From the sequence record PP418985.1: 64,000 nt of DNA. One strand, written 5' to 3'. The notes below the pieces were generated by a model. That model worked only from the letters and a program-made list of their open reading frames with translations. It searched no databases and had not been told where the DNA came from. Origin of the DNA: Escherichia phage UPWr_E1. A program made the translations under genes and the position numbers. Shown in pieces: positions 36,658-46,294 of the stretch (position 1 is its first letter; each line of letters starts with the position of its first letter).

Positions 36658-37338
36658 ATGATCAGAAACCGTCTTCCTCCAGATCCAGATATGCGAATTA
36701 ATGCTAAATCTGTGTATATGTTATATTGCATGATGAAAGCTCATATGAACGGGCGTTATGATTGCGTAAAATATAATTGGAGGATGCGGTTATCTGATGC
36801 CGCATTCAATAAACGCAGAGATAAGTATTATTTCGCGAAATTAGCGGAAAAGTACAATCTAAGAGAATTATACTTCCTATTCCTAAGCAATCTGGTAGCT
36901 AATACCGATGCATGGGTAGGTGAAATCACTGATGTTGACGCATACGGATTTTACATGGAGTATATCGGTAAGATCACTGATGCGGCAACAAGATTTGACG
37001 ACGATATCAAAAGTCTGGTATACTTCTCAGAGAAACGCGGGGTTACTCTTAAAGAGCTAATTACATATAATCCCGCAACCGAAACTAGCGGTATCTTTAA
37101 ACTGCTGCAAAATCGGATTATATCGTTTGAGTCGTTTATGTTGTTAGATAGCTTTCTAAATATAATCGACGAACACGACAAGGTAGCCAAAGACTTGATT
37201 TGGCAAACTTATAGTGTTAAAATGAAGGCGTACAAGAAACTACTTGTTATTGACGCCGCAAAAGCAAGAGCATTATTTGTTAAAGTAGTTAAAGAGTGTA
37301 AAGAAATATCTCAATTAAAAGCCGAAACAAATAGTTGA
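36658..37338 (+). CDS. 59: Helicase loader (gp59-like)
   Basis: 226 aa; KSVYMLY, KYNWRMRLSDAAFNKRRDKYYF, YNP, IISFESFMLLDSFLNIID match T4 gp59. Confidence 0.9.
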   Translation: MIRNRLPPDPDMRINAKSVYMLYCMMKAHMNGRYDCVKYNWRMRLSDAAFNKRRDKYYFAKLAEKYNLRELYFLFLSNLVANTDAWVGEITDVDAYGFYMEYIGKITDAATRFDDDIKSLVYFSEKRGVTLKELITYNPATETSGIFKLLQNRIISFESFMLLDSFLNIIDEHDKVAKDLIWQTYSVKMKAYKKLLVIDAAKARALFVKVVKECKEISQLKAETNS

Positions 37339-37362
37339 CAAGTAAATTTAAATCTGTATAAT
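37335..37362 (+). promoter_or_regulatory. Sigma70-type promoter upstream of gene 32
   Basis: TTGACA-16-TATAAT, about 35 bp before the gene 32 start. Confidence 0.6.
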
Positions 37363-37398
37363 AGTCTAGTAAATTAATCAAAAGAAGGAATAGTGAAT

Positions 37399-38367
37399 AT
37401 GTTTAAACGCCAAGATTCTTCCAAACTGCAAGCTCAACTGGCCGCACTGAAAGGTGGCAACGGTTTCTCCAAAGAAGATCCGAAAGAGTGGAAGATTAAG
37501 ACTGATGCAGCAGGTAACGGTGAAGCCCTGATTCGCTTCCTGCCGTCTAAAACAGAAGACGGTCTGCCGATTGTGAAACTGGTAAACCATTCCTTCAAAG
37601 TTAATGGTAAATGGTATTGGGAAAACTGCTCAAGCACCCACGGTGATTTTGATTCTTGCCCTGTGTGCAAATATATTAACGAAAAAGATCTGTACAATAC
37701 CGATAAAACCGAATGGCAACTGATTAAGCGTAAGGCATCTTACTACGCAAATATTCTGGTACTGAAAGATCCTCAAGCACCGGAAAATGAAGGTAAAGTA
37801 TTCAAATTCCGCTTCGGTCAGAAAATTTATGATAAGATCGTTGCGATGGTGAACGTGAATACCGATATGGGCGAAGTTCCGGTCGATGTAACTTGTGTGT
37901 TCTCCGGTGCTAACTTCCTCCTGAAAGCTAAGAAGGTTGATAAACACCAGAACTATGATGATTCTCGTTTCATGCAGCAATCACAGCTTCCGAAAATTGA
38001 AGACGAAGCATATCAGAAATATCTGATGGAAAACATGGTTGATCTGGGCGAGATTGTAGCGCCTAGCCAGTTTAAACCGTTCGATGAACTGGAAACCAAA
38101 TTTAAGAAAACTATGGGCGTTTCTATGGTAGCTGGTGCTGCGGCTTCCAGTGCTGCGGCAGCGATTAACAGCCAGCTTGACGATTTTGACGCTGCTTTAA
38201 ATGCATTCGATTCTGGTATTACCGCAGCTAGCACTGTAGTTGGTATTAACGCAGCTAACACGGCGTCAGATTCTTCCGCTGATGATCTGATGGCATCTCT
38301 GGACCTGGGTGGCGGTACTTCCTCCGCTTCTGATCTGGATGACCTGGACTCTCTGTTAGCGATGTAA
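37399..38367 (+). CDS. 32: Single-stranded DNA-binding protein (gp32-like)
   Basis: Start set to ATG (MFKRQD) six codons after the track GTG; [30 protein letters not shown] zinc site, acidic C-terminus; own promoter and terminator. Confidence 0.9.
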   Translation: MFKRQDSSKLQAQLAALKGGNGFSKEDPKEWKIKTDAAGNGEALIRFLPSKTEDGLPIVKLVNHSFKVNGKWYWENCSSTHGDFDSCPVCKYINEKDLYNTDKTEWQLIKRKASYYANILVLKDPQAPENEGKVFKFRFGQKIYDKIVAMVNVNTDMGEVPVDVTCVFSGANFLLKAKKVDKHQNYDDSRFMQQSQLPKIEDEAYQKYLMENMVDLGEIVAPSQFKPFDELETKFKKTMGVSMVAGAAASSAAAAINSQLDDFDAALNAFDSGITAASTVVGINAANTASDSSADDLMASLDLGGGTSSASDLDDLDSLLAM

Positions 38368-38378
38368 TGAATTTTACA

Positions 38379-38402
38379 GCCTCCCTTCGGGGAGGCTTTT
38401 TT
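38379..38402 (+). terminator. Rho-independent terminator after gene 32
   Basis: GCCTCCC-TTCG-GGGAGGC followed by TTTTTTATT. Confidence 0.8.
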
Positions 38403-38429
38403 ATTGCCTAAAAATTTATGAAAAAGGTG

Positions 38430-38457
38430 TTGACATGTTGGCGAGGTAATGTATAAT
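38430..38457 (+). promoter_or_regulatory. Sigma70-type early promoter
   Basis: TTGACA-16-TATAAT after the gene 32 terminator. Confidence 0.6.
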
Positions 38458-38486
38458 GAACTCATCGAAACAACGGAGGATTAACA

Positions 38487-38816
38487 ATGTTTTTGAATGC
38501 TACCCTTTCCCAGAAAAGTGATAAAATCGAACTTCTGTATGTCATTGCTGATGTAGACGTACAACGAAGAAATATAGATTTAAAAATTCACAAATATTAT
38601 ACTATGAGCGAATATCACGAAATCGAGATCCCACATAGTGTGTATCCCGCATTATTGTTAGGAAAAGGAAATCTAAGTGAATATTCTTTGAAAGTCATCA
38701 AAGATTCTAAATCAATGCTTGCTCATATGGAAAAAGATTTTCTTGATGAAGTTTCCGCGCTAGTTATCAAACTGAAAGAAGAAACAGCACCGCTTTTCAT
38801 GGAACAAAAAGGTTGA
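38487..38816 (+). CDS. Hypothetical protein
   Basis: 109 aa; promoter 38430-38457 upstream. Confidence 0.45.
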   Translation: MFLNATLSQKSDKIELLYVIADVDVQRRNIDLKIHKYYTMSEYHEIEIPHSVYPALLLGKGNLSEYSLKVIKDSKSMLAHMEKDFLDEVSALVIKLKEETAPLFMEQKG

Positions 38817-38840
38817 CACCGAATACAGATGATGTATAAT
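38813..38840 (+). promoter_or_regulatory. Sigma70-type early promoter
   Basis: TTGACA-16-TATAAT with conserved CATCGAAAC leader. Confidence 0.6.
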
Positions 38841-38871
38841 ACAAACATCGAAACAAAGAGAGGATTATATT

Positions 38872-39201
38872 ATGTGGACTGTAGAACAAATCGTAGATGG
38901 AACAGTAAGTATTATCTCGTGTGGCACTATTGAAGAATGCCTTAAAGCCGCTAACCGTGAATGTATTACGGTTTATGAAGCCCGTCGCGGTGATGGTACT
39001 GTGTTAACCAGCGACTATCGATATGAACCAAAAATGATTACCTTTCGTTTCTGGGAAAATGGTGTTAATGTTGGGGTATCTCACTTAAAACGTTTTCGTG
39101 ATTATTCTGACCGTTATTTCATCACACCGGATAACGGTCAAGAATTTAAGACAGCAATCACCGAAGAAAATGTAAACGAAAACTTCTTTAAACTGATTTG
39201 A
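38872..39201 (+). CDS. Hypothetical protein
   Basis: 109 aa; promoter 38813-38840 upstream. Confidence 0.45.
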   Translation: MWTVEQIVDGTVSIISCGTIEECLKAANRECITVYEARRGDGTVLTSDYRYEPKMITFRFWENGVNVGVSHLKRFRDYSDRYFITPDNGQEFKTAITEENVNENFFKLI

Positions 39202-39215
39202 CAGGAGATTATATT

Positions 39216-39797
39216 ATGATTCAATGTGTATTTGCGATTGGTAACACTAAAATGTCGGATGAAAATTGGGCGTTTGGTTTTAAAGGCGGTTTACCGTGGG
39301 GTCGTCCAATCAAAAAAGATATGGAAAACTTTAAAATCCGCACCATTGGTGAGGTTGATTTTGCTGCGGTAGTAATGGGACGTAATACCTTTGAAAGTCT
39401 GCCTAAAGCACTTTGGGGACGTTTGAATGTGGTTGTTAGTACCGATACCAGCAAGCCAGAACCGAAAACAAAAAACGGCGACCAACCCGATGTGTATACC
39501 GCAATTACTAATGATGATGAATTAAAGGATCTGTTAAAAGTCCTGGAGAAAACGCAAGGTTTGGTAAGTGTTATCGGTGGACCTTCCCTGATTGAAAAAG
39601 CGGTTGACTTTGCGGACCGTATTGTGTTAACGTATGTTCAACGTTCAGGAATCAACGATCCATTTGAATATGATGTTGGTATCTCTAAGGAAATGATTCA
39701 TGAATTATATTTTGACTTTGCAACAAAAGAAGAACATAATTACTTCCTTGATAATTACCTGATCAGCGAACAAATTTTAGAACGTAAGAAGGCGTAA
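39216..39797 (+). CDS. frd: Dihydrofolate reductase
   Basis: Start moved to ATG after SD AGGAG; GGLPWGRPIKKD and VIGGPSL DHFR motifs. Confidence 0.85.
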   Translation: MIQCVFAIGNTKMSDENWAFGFKGGLPWGRPIKKDMENFKIRTIGEVDFAAVVMGRNTFESLPKALWGRLNVVVSTDTSKPEPKTKNGDQPDVYTAITNDDELKDLLKVLEKTQGLVSVIGGPSLIEKAVDFADRIVLTYVQRSGINDPFEYDVGISKEMIHELYFDFATKEEHNYFLDNYLISEQILERKKA

Positions 39798-39798
39798 C

Positions 39799-39891
39799 AT
39801 GAAAATTCTGACAGATTATGAGTGCAAACATTGTGGTGAATCTTTGATGTTTGCTGGTAGTCGGTGTTTACATTGTGGACGGGAACAATAA
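39799..39891 (+). CDS. Zinc-ribbon miniprotein
   Basis: 30-aa ORF read by hand, CKHCG...CLHCG; low confidence because of size. Confidence 0.25.
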   Translation: MKILTDYECKHCGESLMFAGSRCLHCGREQ

Positions 39892-40160
39892 TGAAAATAA
39901 CCATTATTCAATTATGGTCAGCTACCAGTGAAAACTACGCAGTAGCCGTAGATTATTACGGTTTACAATATCTCTATGATGAAGCTAAAGCGTCATGGCT
40001 TCCAGTACAGGAAAATAGCGACATTTCAAGACCTGTCACTGTATTCGACCCGGGCGTTGTCTTTATCGATATTGACGAGACAGTAGCAAAACTGCGTAAG
40101 AAAGCAATCAACAAGAAAAAGGTGAAGTGGGATGAAAGAATATTTGAAACTGTTGCGTGA
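39891..40160 (+). CDS. Hypothetical protein
   Basis: Start moved to ATG (MKITIIQ). Confidence 0.4.
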   Translation: MKITIIQLWSATSENYAVAVDYYGLQYLYDEAKASWLPVQENSDISRPVTVFDPGVVFIDIDETVAKLRKKAINKKKVKWDERIFETVA

Positions 40161-41364
40161 TGTTCTTGATAATGGCTGGCCTCGTGAAGACCGAACGGGT
40201 GTAGGTACGCTCTCTAAATTCGGCGCAGAGATGCGAATCGATTTAAGCAAGGGTTTCCCCTTACTGACCACTAAAAAGATGGCTACAGCCTCTGTAATTG
40301 GCGAGTTGCTATGGTTTATGGAAGGGTCACTTGACCGCCGTCGCTTACAGGAAATTACACGCGGTAAGTTTGACGAAGAAGCCTTTGATATTTGGCGCGG
40401 TAACTGTCTTGATATGAAAGAAAAGAATCCTTTGCGATTCAATGGTTATAATGTCGGCAATATGTATGGTATGGCATGGCGACGCAAACCGATTCATCCA
40501 CACGGGGAAGTCAAAATTAAGCGCGTTAAAAGCAAATACACGCATACATTTAAGCACCCGTGGGTAGAAGACTTTACGCCAACCAATGACACAGAAGACC
40601 GTTTATGTGCTATCTGGCGTGGTATGCGTTATGAAGAGTTTGATTCTGAATATAATCTATTCTTAGTAGCAGACCACTGGAAGACTCAATCTAATTTTGT
40701 TAATGATGCATATTGCTTGTGGGGATTCCAGGAATGGGTAGATGATGGTTATTTCGGTTATCTGCTTGATAGTGATTATCTGGGTGGGGATATGTTCGCA
40801 CCGGATACCACGATCTTTGTTAGTATGGACGTAGACACATCAAGCCATAAAGACGATGAAGAATATGTCTATCGCCCGAAGATTTGGGAAGACCAGTTAC
40901 AAAACGTGATTGAACAAATTAAAAACAATCCAACGGATCGCCGGATCATTATTGACTCATGGAACGTACAAGGAACACATAATGCTGTATTGGGTGTATG
41001 TCATCCGTTCGTACAATTCTACGTCAATGAAGGTAAACTGTCTTGTATGTGGTTTCAGCGAAGCGTAGACAGCTTTTTGGGCTTGCCCTTTAACGTCGCC
41101 AGCTATGCGCTGTTAACTCACATCATAGCGAAAATGTGTGATCTTGAGGTAGGAGAACTGATTTTCTCTGGTGGAGATACTCACATTTACAAAAACCATT
41201 TTGATCAAGTTACGGAACAGTTAAGCCGTGTTCCTTTTGATAAACCAACAATTGAGTTGCCGGAATTTAAATCTTTAGATGAGGTATTGACAAAGACTCC
41301 GAAAGACTTTAAAATTCACAACTATCAAAGCCATCCAGCAATCACCGCTCAAATGGCAGTATAA
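40132..41364 (+). CDS. td: Thymidylate synthase (ThyA family) with a large internal insertion
   Basis: 410 aa; ThyA blocks DRTGVGT, GELLWF, NPTDRRIIIDSWNV, CHPFVQFYV, QRSVDSFLGLPFN, GGDTHIY; about 125 extra residues between HPHGEV and DQLQNV. Confidence 0.85.
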   Translation: MKEYLKLLRDVLDNGWPREDRTGVGTLSKFGAEMRIDLSKGFPLLTTKKMATASVIGELLWFMEGSLDRRRLQEITRGKFDEEAFDIWRGNCLDMKEKNPLRFNGYNVGNMYGMAWRRKPIHPHGEVKIKRVKSKYTHTFKHPWVEDFTPTNDTEDRLCAIWRGMRYEEFDSEYNLFLVADHWKTQSNFVNDAYCLWGFQEWVDDGYFGYLLDSDYLGGDMFAPDTTIFVSMDVDTSSHKDDEEYVYRPKIWEDQLQNVIEQIKNNPTDRRIIIDSWNVQGTHNAVLGVCHPFVQFYVNEGKLSCMWFQRSVDSFLGLPFNVASYALLTHIIAKMCDLEVGELIFSGGDTHIYKNHFDQVTEQLSRVPFDKPTIELPEFKSLDEVLTKTPKDFKIHNYQSHPAITAQMAV

Positions 41365-41433
41365 ACAAAGGGGGTCGAAAGCCCCCAATATGGAGGATAA
41401 ACTTGTTCCTGCTAAAATATGAAGTGAGGTAAT

Positions 41434-43677
41434 ATGATTAAAAATGTTGTTAAGTCTTCCGGTCTGACTGTTCCGTTTGAAAAAGAAAAAGTAATGAAAA
41501 TTCTGGAAGCGGCAGCCGAAGGTCATAACGTTGATCCATATGAATTGTTTGATATGGTTGAACCACTTCTGACAGAAGGTATGTCTACCAATGATATCCA
41601 GAAAGTATTGATTAAGGTCGCCGCAGATAACATTACTGTAGAAACACCTGATTATCAATATGTAGCAAGTAACCTTGCAATGTTCGCGCTTCGTAAATCA
41701 GTATACGGTCAATTCCAACCTATTGATTTTTATAGCCATATTGAGCGTAATATTGCAACCGGAAAATATGATCGCGAAATTCTGCAAAAGTATTCCCGTG
41801 AAGAAGTGGAATATCTGGAGAAATTCATTGATCATAAACTTGATTTTAAAATGACCTATGCTGGTGCGATGCAGTTAAAAGAGAAATATCTTGTTCAGGA
41901 TCGCAGCACTAAGAAAATCATTGAAACACCGCAATTTGCGTATATGTTGATCGGTATGTGCTTACATCAAGAAGAGACAGAAAATCGACTTGAACATGTG
42001 ATTGATTTTTATAATGCTGTTGCGAATAAGCAAATCTCTCTGCCTACTCCGATTATGGCGGGTGTGCGTACTCCAACACGACAATTTAGTTCGTGTGTGG
42101 TGATCGAATCTGATGATTCATTGCAGGGTATTAATGAAACCGCAAATGCAATCATCAAGTATATTAGCAAGCGTGCTGGTATCGGTATCAACGCTGGCAT
42201 GATTCGCGCGGAAGGATCTAAGATCGGGCATGGTGAAGTTCGTCATACTGGCGTTATCCCATTCTGGAAACATTTTCAGACTGCCGTTAAGTCATGCTCA
42301 CAAGGCGGTATTCGTGGCGGGGCGGCGACTCTCTATTACCCAATGTGGCATTTAGAATTTGAAAGTCTTATTGTGTTGAAGAATAACAAAGGGGTAGAAG
42401 ACAACCGCATTCGCCATCTTGATTACGGCGTACAGATTAATAACCTGATGGTAGAGCGATTCCTTAAACGGGATTACATTACTCTGTTTAGTCCAGATGT
42501 TGCGGGTGGCTTGTTGTGGGATCTGTACTTCCGAGATGAGGAAGGTTTCCGCCAGCTTTACGAAAAACTGGAAAAAGATCCGAGTGTTCGTAAAACTCGT
42601 GTTAAAGCCGAAGACCTGTTTTTAGCGGTGGCAATTGAACGTTTTAACACTGGTCGAATCTATCCAGCGTTCACAGACAACATGAACAATCACGGGGCGT
42701 TTATTCGCAATGTAGCACCGATTAAACAATCTAACCTGTGTTGCGAAATTGCACTGCCTACTAAACCAATGGGGCGTGATGATTCAGAGATCAGCCTATG
42801 TACTTTGGCAGCATATGTTTTAGGTAATTTCGATATCGAAAACATGGAAGAAGTAGAACGCATTGCTATGGTTATGGTGCGTGCACTTGACAACTTGTTA
42901 GATTACCAGGATTATCCCGTAGAACAAGCTCTGACAGCAAAAAAACGTCGCTCTCTGGGTGTTGGTGTGACTAACTTTGCATCATATCTGGCGGATAATT
43001 TCTTCACATATGAAGACGCCAACGAGTTTACGCATAAAACGTTTGAACGCTTGCAATATGCTCTGATTAAGGCTAGTGTGCAACTGGCTAAAGAGAAGGG
43101 TGCTTGCGAACTGATGCACGAAACACGTTATGGTCGCGGTGAACTGCCTATCGACTGGTACAAAAAGACAGTAGATGAACTGGTTGACCCGGTGTATGAG
43201 ATGGATTGGGAAGAACTGCGCGAAGACCTGAAAAAATATGGCATTCGTAACAGTACGCTTTCGGCGCTGATGCCTTGTGAGTCGTCTTCTCAGGTGTCTA
43301 ACAGCACAAACGGTATTGAACCGCCTCGCGGGATTGTATCGGTTAAAGGATCGAAAGAAGGGCAATTTAATCAGGTTATTCCGAACGTAGAGAATAATGC
43401 TGATGTTATTGACTTGCTTTGGACACTGATCAAGAAAGGTAACAAGCCTTATCTGACACTGGCAGCGATTATGCAGAAGTTTGTCGACCAGGCGATTAGT
43501 TCCAATACATCCTATGATCCAAGCACTTATAAGACTGGTAAAGTCGATATTGCTGATGTATTAGATGATATGTTATTTGCTCAATATTACGGCCTCAAGA
43601 CACTGTATTACGCTAACGTGCGTGATGGTGCTGATGGTACGGAAGACGCTAGCGAATGTTCATCTTGCAAACTGTAA
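41434..43677 (+). CDS. nrdA: Ribonucleotide reductase large subunit (class Ia NrdA)
   Basis: 747 aa; N-terminal ATP cone; catalytic-site NLC and C-terminal cysteine pair. Confidence 0.9.
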   Translation: MIKNVVKSSGLTVPFEKEKVMKILEAAAEGHNVDPYELFDMVEPLLTEGMSTNDIQKVLIKVAADNITVETPDYQYVASNLAMFALRKSVYGQFQPIDFYSHIERNIATGKYDREILQKYSREEVEYLEKFIDHKLDFKMTYAGAMQLKEKYLVQDRSTKKIIETPQFAYMLIGMCLHQEETENRLEHVIDFYNAVANKQISLPTPIMAGVRTPTRQFSSCVVIESDDSLQGINETANAIIKYISKRAGIGINAGMIRAEGSKIGHGEVRHTGVIPFWKHFQTAVKSCSQGGIRGGAATLYYPMWHLEFESLIVLKNNKGVEDNRIRHLDYGVQINNLMVERFLKRDYITLFSPDVAGGLLWDLYFRDEEGFRQLYEKLEKDPSVRKTRVKAEDLFLAVAIERFNTGRIYPAFTDNMNNHGAFIRNVAPIKQSNLCCEIALPTKPMGRDDSEISLCTLAAYVLGNFDIENMEEVERIAMVMVRALDNLLDYQDYPVEQALTAKKRRSLGVGVTNFASYLADNFFTYEDANEFTHKTFERLQYALIKASVQLAKEKGACELMHETRYGRGELPIDWYKKTVDELVDPVYEMDWEELREDLKKYGIRNSTLSALMPCESSSQVSNSTNGIEPPRGIVSVKGSKEGQFNQVIPNVENNADVIDLLWTLIKKGNKPYLTLAAIMQKFVDQAISSNTSYDPSTYKTGKVDIADVLDDMLFAQYYGLKTLYYANVRDGADGTEDASECSSCKL

Positions 43678-43686
43678 AAATAAGTG

Positions 43687-43715
43687 TTGACGCGGGGAGA
43701 AATCCCCGCTATAAT
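43687..43715 (+). promoter_or_regulatory. Sigma70-type early promoter with palindromic spacer
   Basis: TTGACG then CGGGGAGAAATCCCCGC then TATAAT. Confidence 0.6.
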
Positions 43716-43746
43716 ACAACCATCAAAAACAAGTGAGGATTTTATT

Positions 43747-43914
43747 ATGACCAAATTAAAATGTGTTGCTGTAGATTTTGAACTAGCCGATAGCTTTGTT
43801 GTCGGTGATGTATATGATGCTCGACATGATGGGACTTGCTACTACGTTGAGGATGAATACGGCGTAGAATGGGCTATTCTTCCTGATGATAAATGCTTTG
43901 AGGTTGTCGAATAA
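43747..43914 (+). CDS. Hypothetical small protein
   Basis: Start moved to ATG after promoter 43687-43715 and SD GTGAGGA. Confidence 0.4.
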   Translation: MTKLKCVAVDFELADSFVVGDVYDARHDGTCYYVEDEYGVEWAILPDDKCFEVVE

Positions 43915-44087
43915 TGGCTACTGTATGGTTATTGATTGCAATCAGCAATTCAATGTATAATTACGGAAATATGTCAAGCATTGAATTTGCAACAAAGCAG
44001 GATTGCGTTAAAGCTCGCGAGATTATCCGCGAAGACAATAAACGCTTTATGAATCTGTACTGTGTTGAAAAGCAGAAGGTGAACTAA
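43914..44087 (+). CDS. Small protein, tandem paralog A (hydrophobic N-terminus)
   Basis: 57-aa ORF read by hand: MATVWLLIAISNS...SIEF...C...F.NLYCVEK. Confidence 0.4.
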   Translation: MATVWLLIAISNSMYNYGNMSSIEFATKQDCVKAREIIREDNKRFMNLYCVEKQKVN

Positions 44088-44254
44088 TGGCTACAATATG
44101 GTTATTGCTTTCCGTTAGCGTAGGCTCATATAATAAAGGAACTGTTACCAGCGTGGAGTTTTCATCACATCAAAGTTGTTTTGAAGCCGTGCAGGAATTG
44201 CAACAGGATAACGAAATAAACAGAAATACTAAGTTCTTTTGTGTTAAAAAGTGA
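44087..44254 (+). CDS. Small protein, tandem paralog B (hydrophobic N-terminus)
   Basis: 55-aa ORF read by hand: MATIWLLLSVSVGS...SVEF...C...KFFCVKK; TAATG overlap with paralog A. Confidence 0.4.
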   Translation: MATIWLLLSVSVGSYNKGTVTSVEFSSHQSCFEAVQELQQDNEINRNTKFFCVKK

Positions 44255-44269
44255 TAGTGAGGTGAATTA

Positions 44270-45430
44270 ATGAGCGTATTTAACCGCGAACATGTTGATA
44301 TTATGAACGAACCGATGTTTCTGGGTAGTGGGTTGGGTATCGCTCGCTATGATATTCAGCGTCATCAAGTATTTGAAGAACTGATCGAAAAGCAATTGTC
44401 ATTTTTCTGGCGTCCAGAAGAGATTTCACTTGCAACTGACCGCATACAATATCTTAATATGGGTGACGTTGAAAAGCGTTTCTTTACCGAAAACTTGAAG
44501 TATCAGACATTACTTGATTCTATTCAAGGTCGCGCACCGTCCGCAGCATTTGGTCCAATTGTATCTGATCCGACTCTTGATACATGGTTGCAAACATGGA
44601 CATTCAGCGAAACGATTCATAGCCGCAGTTATACTCACATTATGCGTAACTGTTTCATTGATCCGGCTAGTGAGTTCGACCAGATCATCGATAACCCTGC
44701 TATCATGAAGCGAGCAGAATCTATCGGGCAATATTATGATGATGTTCTCTATTGGATTCGTAAGTACGAGAACACAAAAGAAGATCTCCGCTATTGGGAA
44801 GAACGAGACGACCCGACAGCATTAGATGATGCAAGAAGATTTTTTGAAGATACAAAACGAGATCTGATGGCTTCGATTTATCTGTGTGCACACTGCGTCA
44901 ATGCACTGGAAGCAATCCGTTTTTATGTGTCCTTTGCATGTACTTTCAGCTTTGCCGAACGTGGTTTACTGGAAGGCAACGCGAAGATCATGAAATTTAT
45001 TGCGCGTGATGAACAACTTCACTTAAAAGGCACACAATACATTATTCGTCAATGGCAAACAGGGGCTGATGGTGATGAGTGGAAACAGATTGCGGAAGAA
45101 CTTGAAGACGAAGCAACGAAAATCTTTCTGGATGTTGTCGAGCAAGAAAAAGAATGGGTAGATCACTTATTCGCAATGGGGGCAATTCCTAATCTGTCAC
45201 CGGAAATTCTGAAAACCTATGTAGAATACCTGGCAGATTCCCGTATGCGTGCTGCCGGACTGAAAAACCCGTTTAGTGTTCGTCGTCATCCTTTACCGTG
45301 GATGCGTAAATGGTTAAACTCTGACGAAGTTCAAAACGCGGCGCAAGAAGTAGAGATCATGTATCTGGTATCTCAGGTTAATACCGATTTAACAGACGAC
45401 GACTACAACCGATTCGGGAAATATCTATGA
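44270..45430 (+). CDS. nrdB: Ribonucleotide reductase small subunit (NrdB)
   Basis: 386 aa; di-iron ligand helices (E...H, EExxH), uninterrupted frame. Confidence 0.9.
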   Translation: MSVFNREHVDIMNEPMFLGSGLGIARYDIQRHQVFEELIEKQLSFFWRPEEISLATDRIQYLNMGDVEKRFFTENLKYQTLLDSIQGRAPSAAFGPIVSDPTLDTWLQTWTFSETIHSRSYTHIMRNCFIDPASEFDQIIDNPAIMKRAESIGQYYDDVLYWIRKYENTKEDLRYWEERDDPTALDDARRFFEDTKRDLMASIYLCAHCVNALEAIRFYVSFACTFSFAERGLLEGNAKIMKFIARDEQLHLKGTQYIIRQWQTGADGDEWKQIAEELEDEATKIFLDVVEQEKEWVDHLFAMGAIPNLSPEILKTYVEYLADSRMRAAGLKNPFSVRRHPLPWMRKWLNSDEVQNAAQEVEIMYLVSQVNTDLTDDDYNRFGKYL

Positions 45431-45903
45431 TATATTTTGTCGATTTAGATTTTACGATCACAGATCCAACGCATCGACTAGCAAAGATGCCAACCGAAAA
45501 TCTTGATAAAGTCGAGTCATGGATCGAATATAACAAGGCATGTGGGGGAGATTCCCCCATTTACGATGTAATCCGTGTTATCAATGCTCTTTCCGACAAC
45601 GGGCATTTGATTTACATCCTCACCGGACGAAGTTCACATGCTTACATGGAAACTGTGGAATGGTTGATCGCTAATGATGTGTGTTTCGATAAAATCTTTA
45701 TGAGAGGTCGCAATGATTCCCGTAAAGACTATCACATCAAATTAGAGGTAATTAAATCCTTTGATAAAGATGAAGTTGTCGGAGTCTTTGAGGATAACCC
45801 AGAAGTGATTAAAGTTCTCAGAGAAAACGGTTATCGTGTCTTTGACGTAGGAAATCACAAAGACAAGACACGAGCGGATATTGCAAATCACGGTCATGAT
45901 TAA
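45427..45903 (+). CDS. HAD-superfamily phosphatase-like protein
   Basis: 158 aa; motif I DLDFT (DxDxT), motif II ILTGR, Lys, motif IV EDN. Confidence 0.5.
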   Translation: MIYFVDLDFTITDPTHRLAKMPTENLDKVESWIEYNKACGGDSPIYDVIRVINALSDNGHLIYILTGRSSHAYMETVEWLIANDVCFDKIFMRGRNDSRKDYHIKLEVIKSFDKDEVVGVFEDNPEVIKVLRENGYRVFDVGNHKDKTRADIANHGHD

Positions 45904-45914
45904 TGTTTGTTCAA

Positions 45915-45939
45915 AGTCGCCCATAGTGGCGACTTTTTT
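45915..45939 (+). terminator. Rho-independent terminator
   Basis: AGTCGCC-CATAGT-GGCGACT followed by TTTTTTG. Confidence 0.7.
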
Positions 45940-45950
45940 GTTATTGGGTG

Positions 45951-45979
45951 TTGACAATCGGATCTTGCCATAGCATAAT
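45951..45979 (+). promoter_or_regulatory. Sigma70-type early promoter
   Basis: TTGACA-17-CATAAT right after a terminator hairpin. Confidence 0.6.
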
Positions 45980-46003
45980 ACGCACATCGAAACGGAGGGA
46001 CAT

Positions 46004-46222
46004 ATGGAAACAGAAGAACAAGTTATTGCATATTTTCATCGTAAAAAGATGAAACTTAGAATTGAAAAGCAGTACATCAATCACTACATTGACCGAGTTC
46101 ACTTAACAAATACACCTTACCTATTCCGGTTGATAAACCCTCGAAAACGGTGGGATAAGTTGGACAGAAACACAAAAATAATTGATAAACTCACCCAATG
46201 GTGGAATGAATACAACAAGTAA
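46004..46222 (+). CDS. Hypothetical small early protein
   Basis: Promoter 45951-45979 upstream. Confidence 0.45.
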   Translation: METEEQVIAYFHRKKMKLRIEKQYINHYIDRVHLTNTPYLFRLINPRKRWDKLDRNTKIIDKLTQWWNEYNK

Positions 46223-46231
46223 AAAAAGTAG

Positions 46232-46261
46232 TTGACACTGAATAACGGGGGGTAGTAATAT
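46232..46261 (+). promoter_or_regulatory. Sigma70-type early promoter with -10 inside a hairpin
   Basis: TTGACA-18-TAATAT; GGGGGTA/TACCCCC. Confidence 0.55.
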
Positions 46262-46294
46262 ACCCCCATCGAAACGAAACAAAGGAGAATCAAA

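Noticed and set aside
40513-40887. Group I intron or intein in the td gene (T4 td has an intron)
   Set aside because: The extra segment is in frame with no stop codons and lacks the Cys/Ser...His-Asn-Cys/Ser/Thr intein termini, so it is more simply a translated insertion; only RNA-seq could rule out splicing
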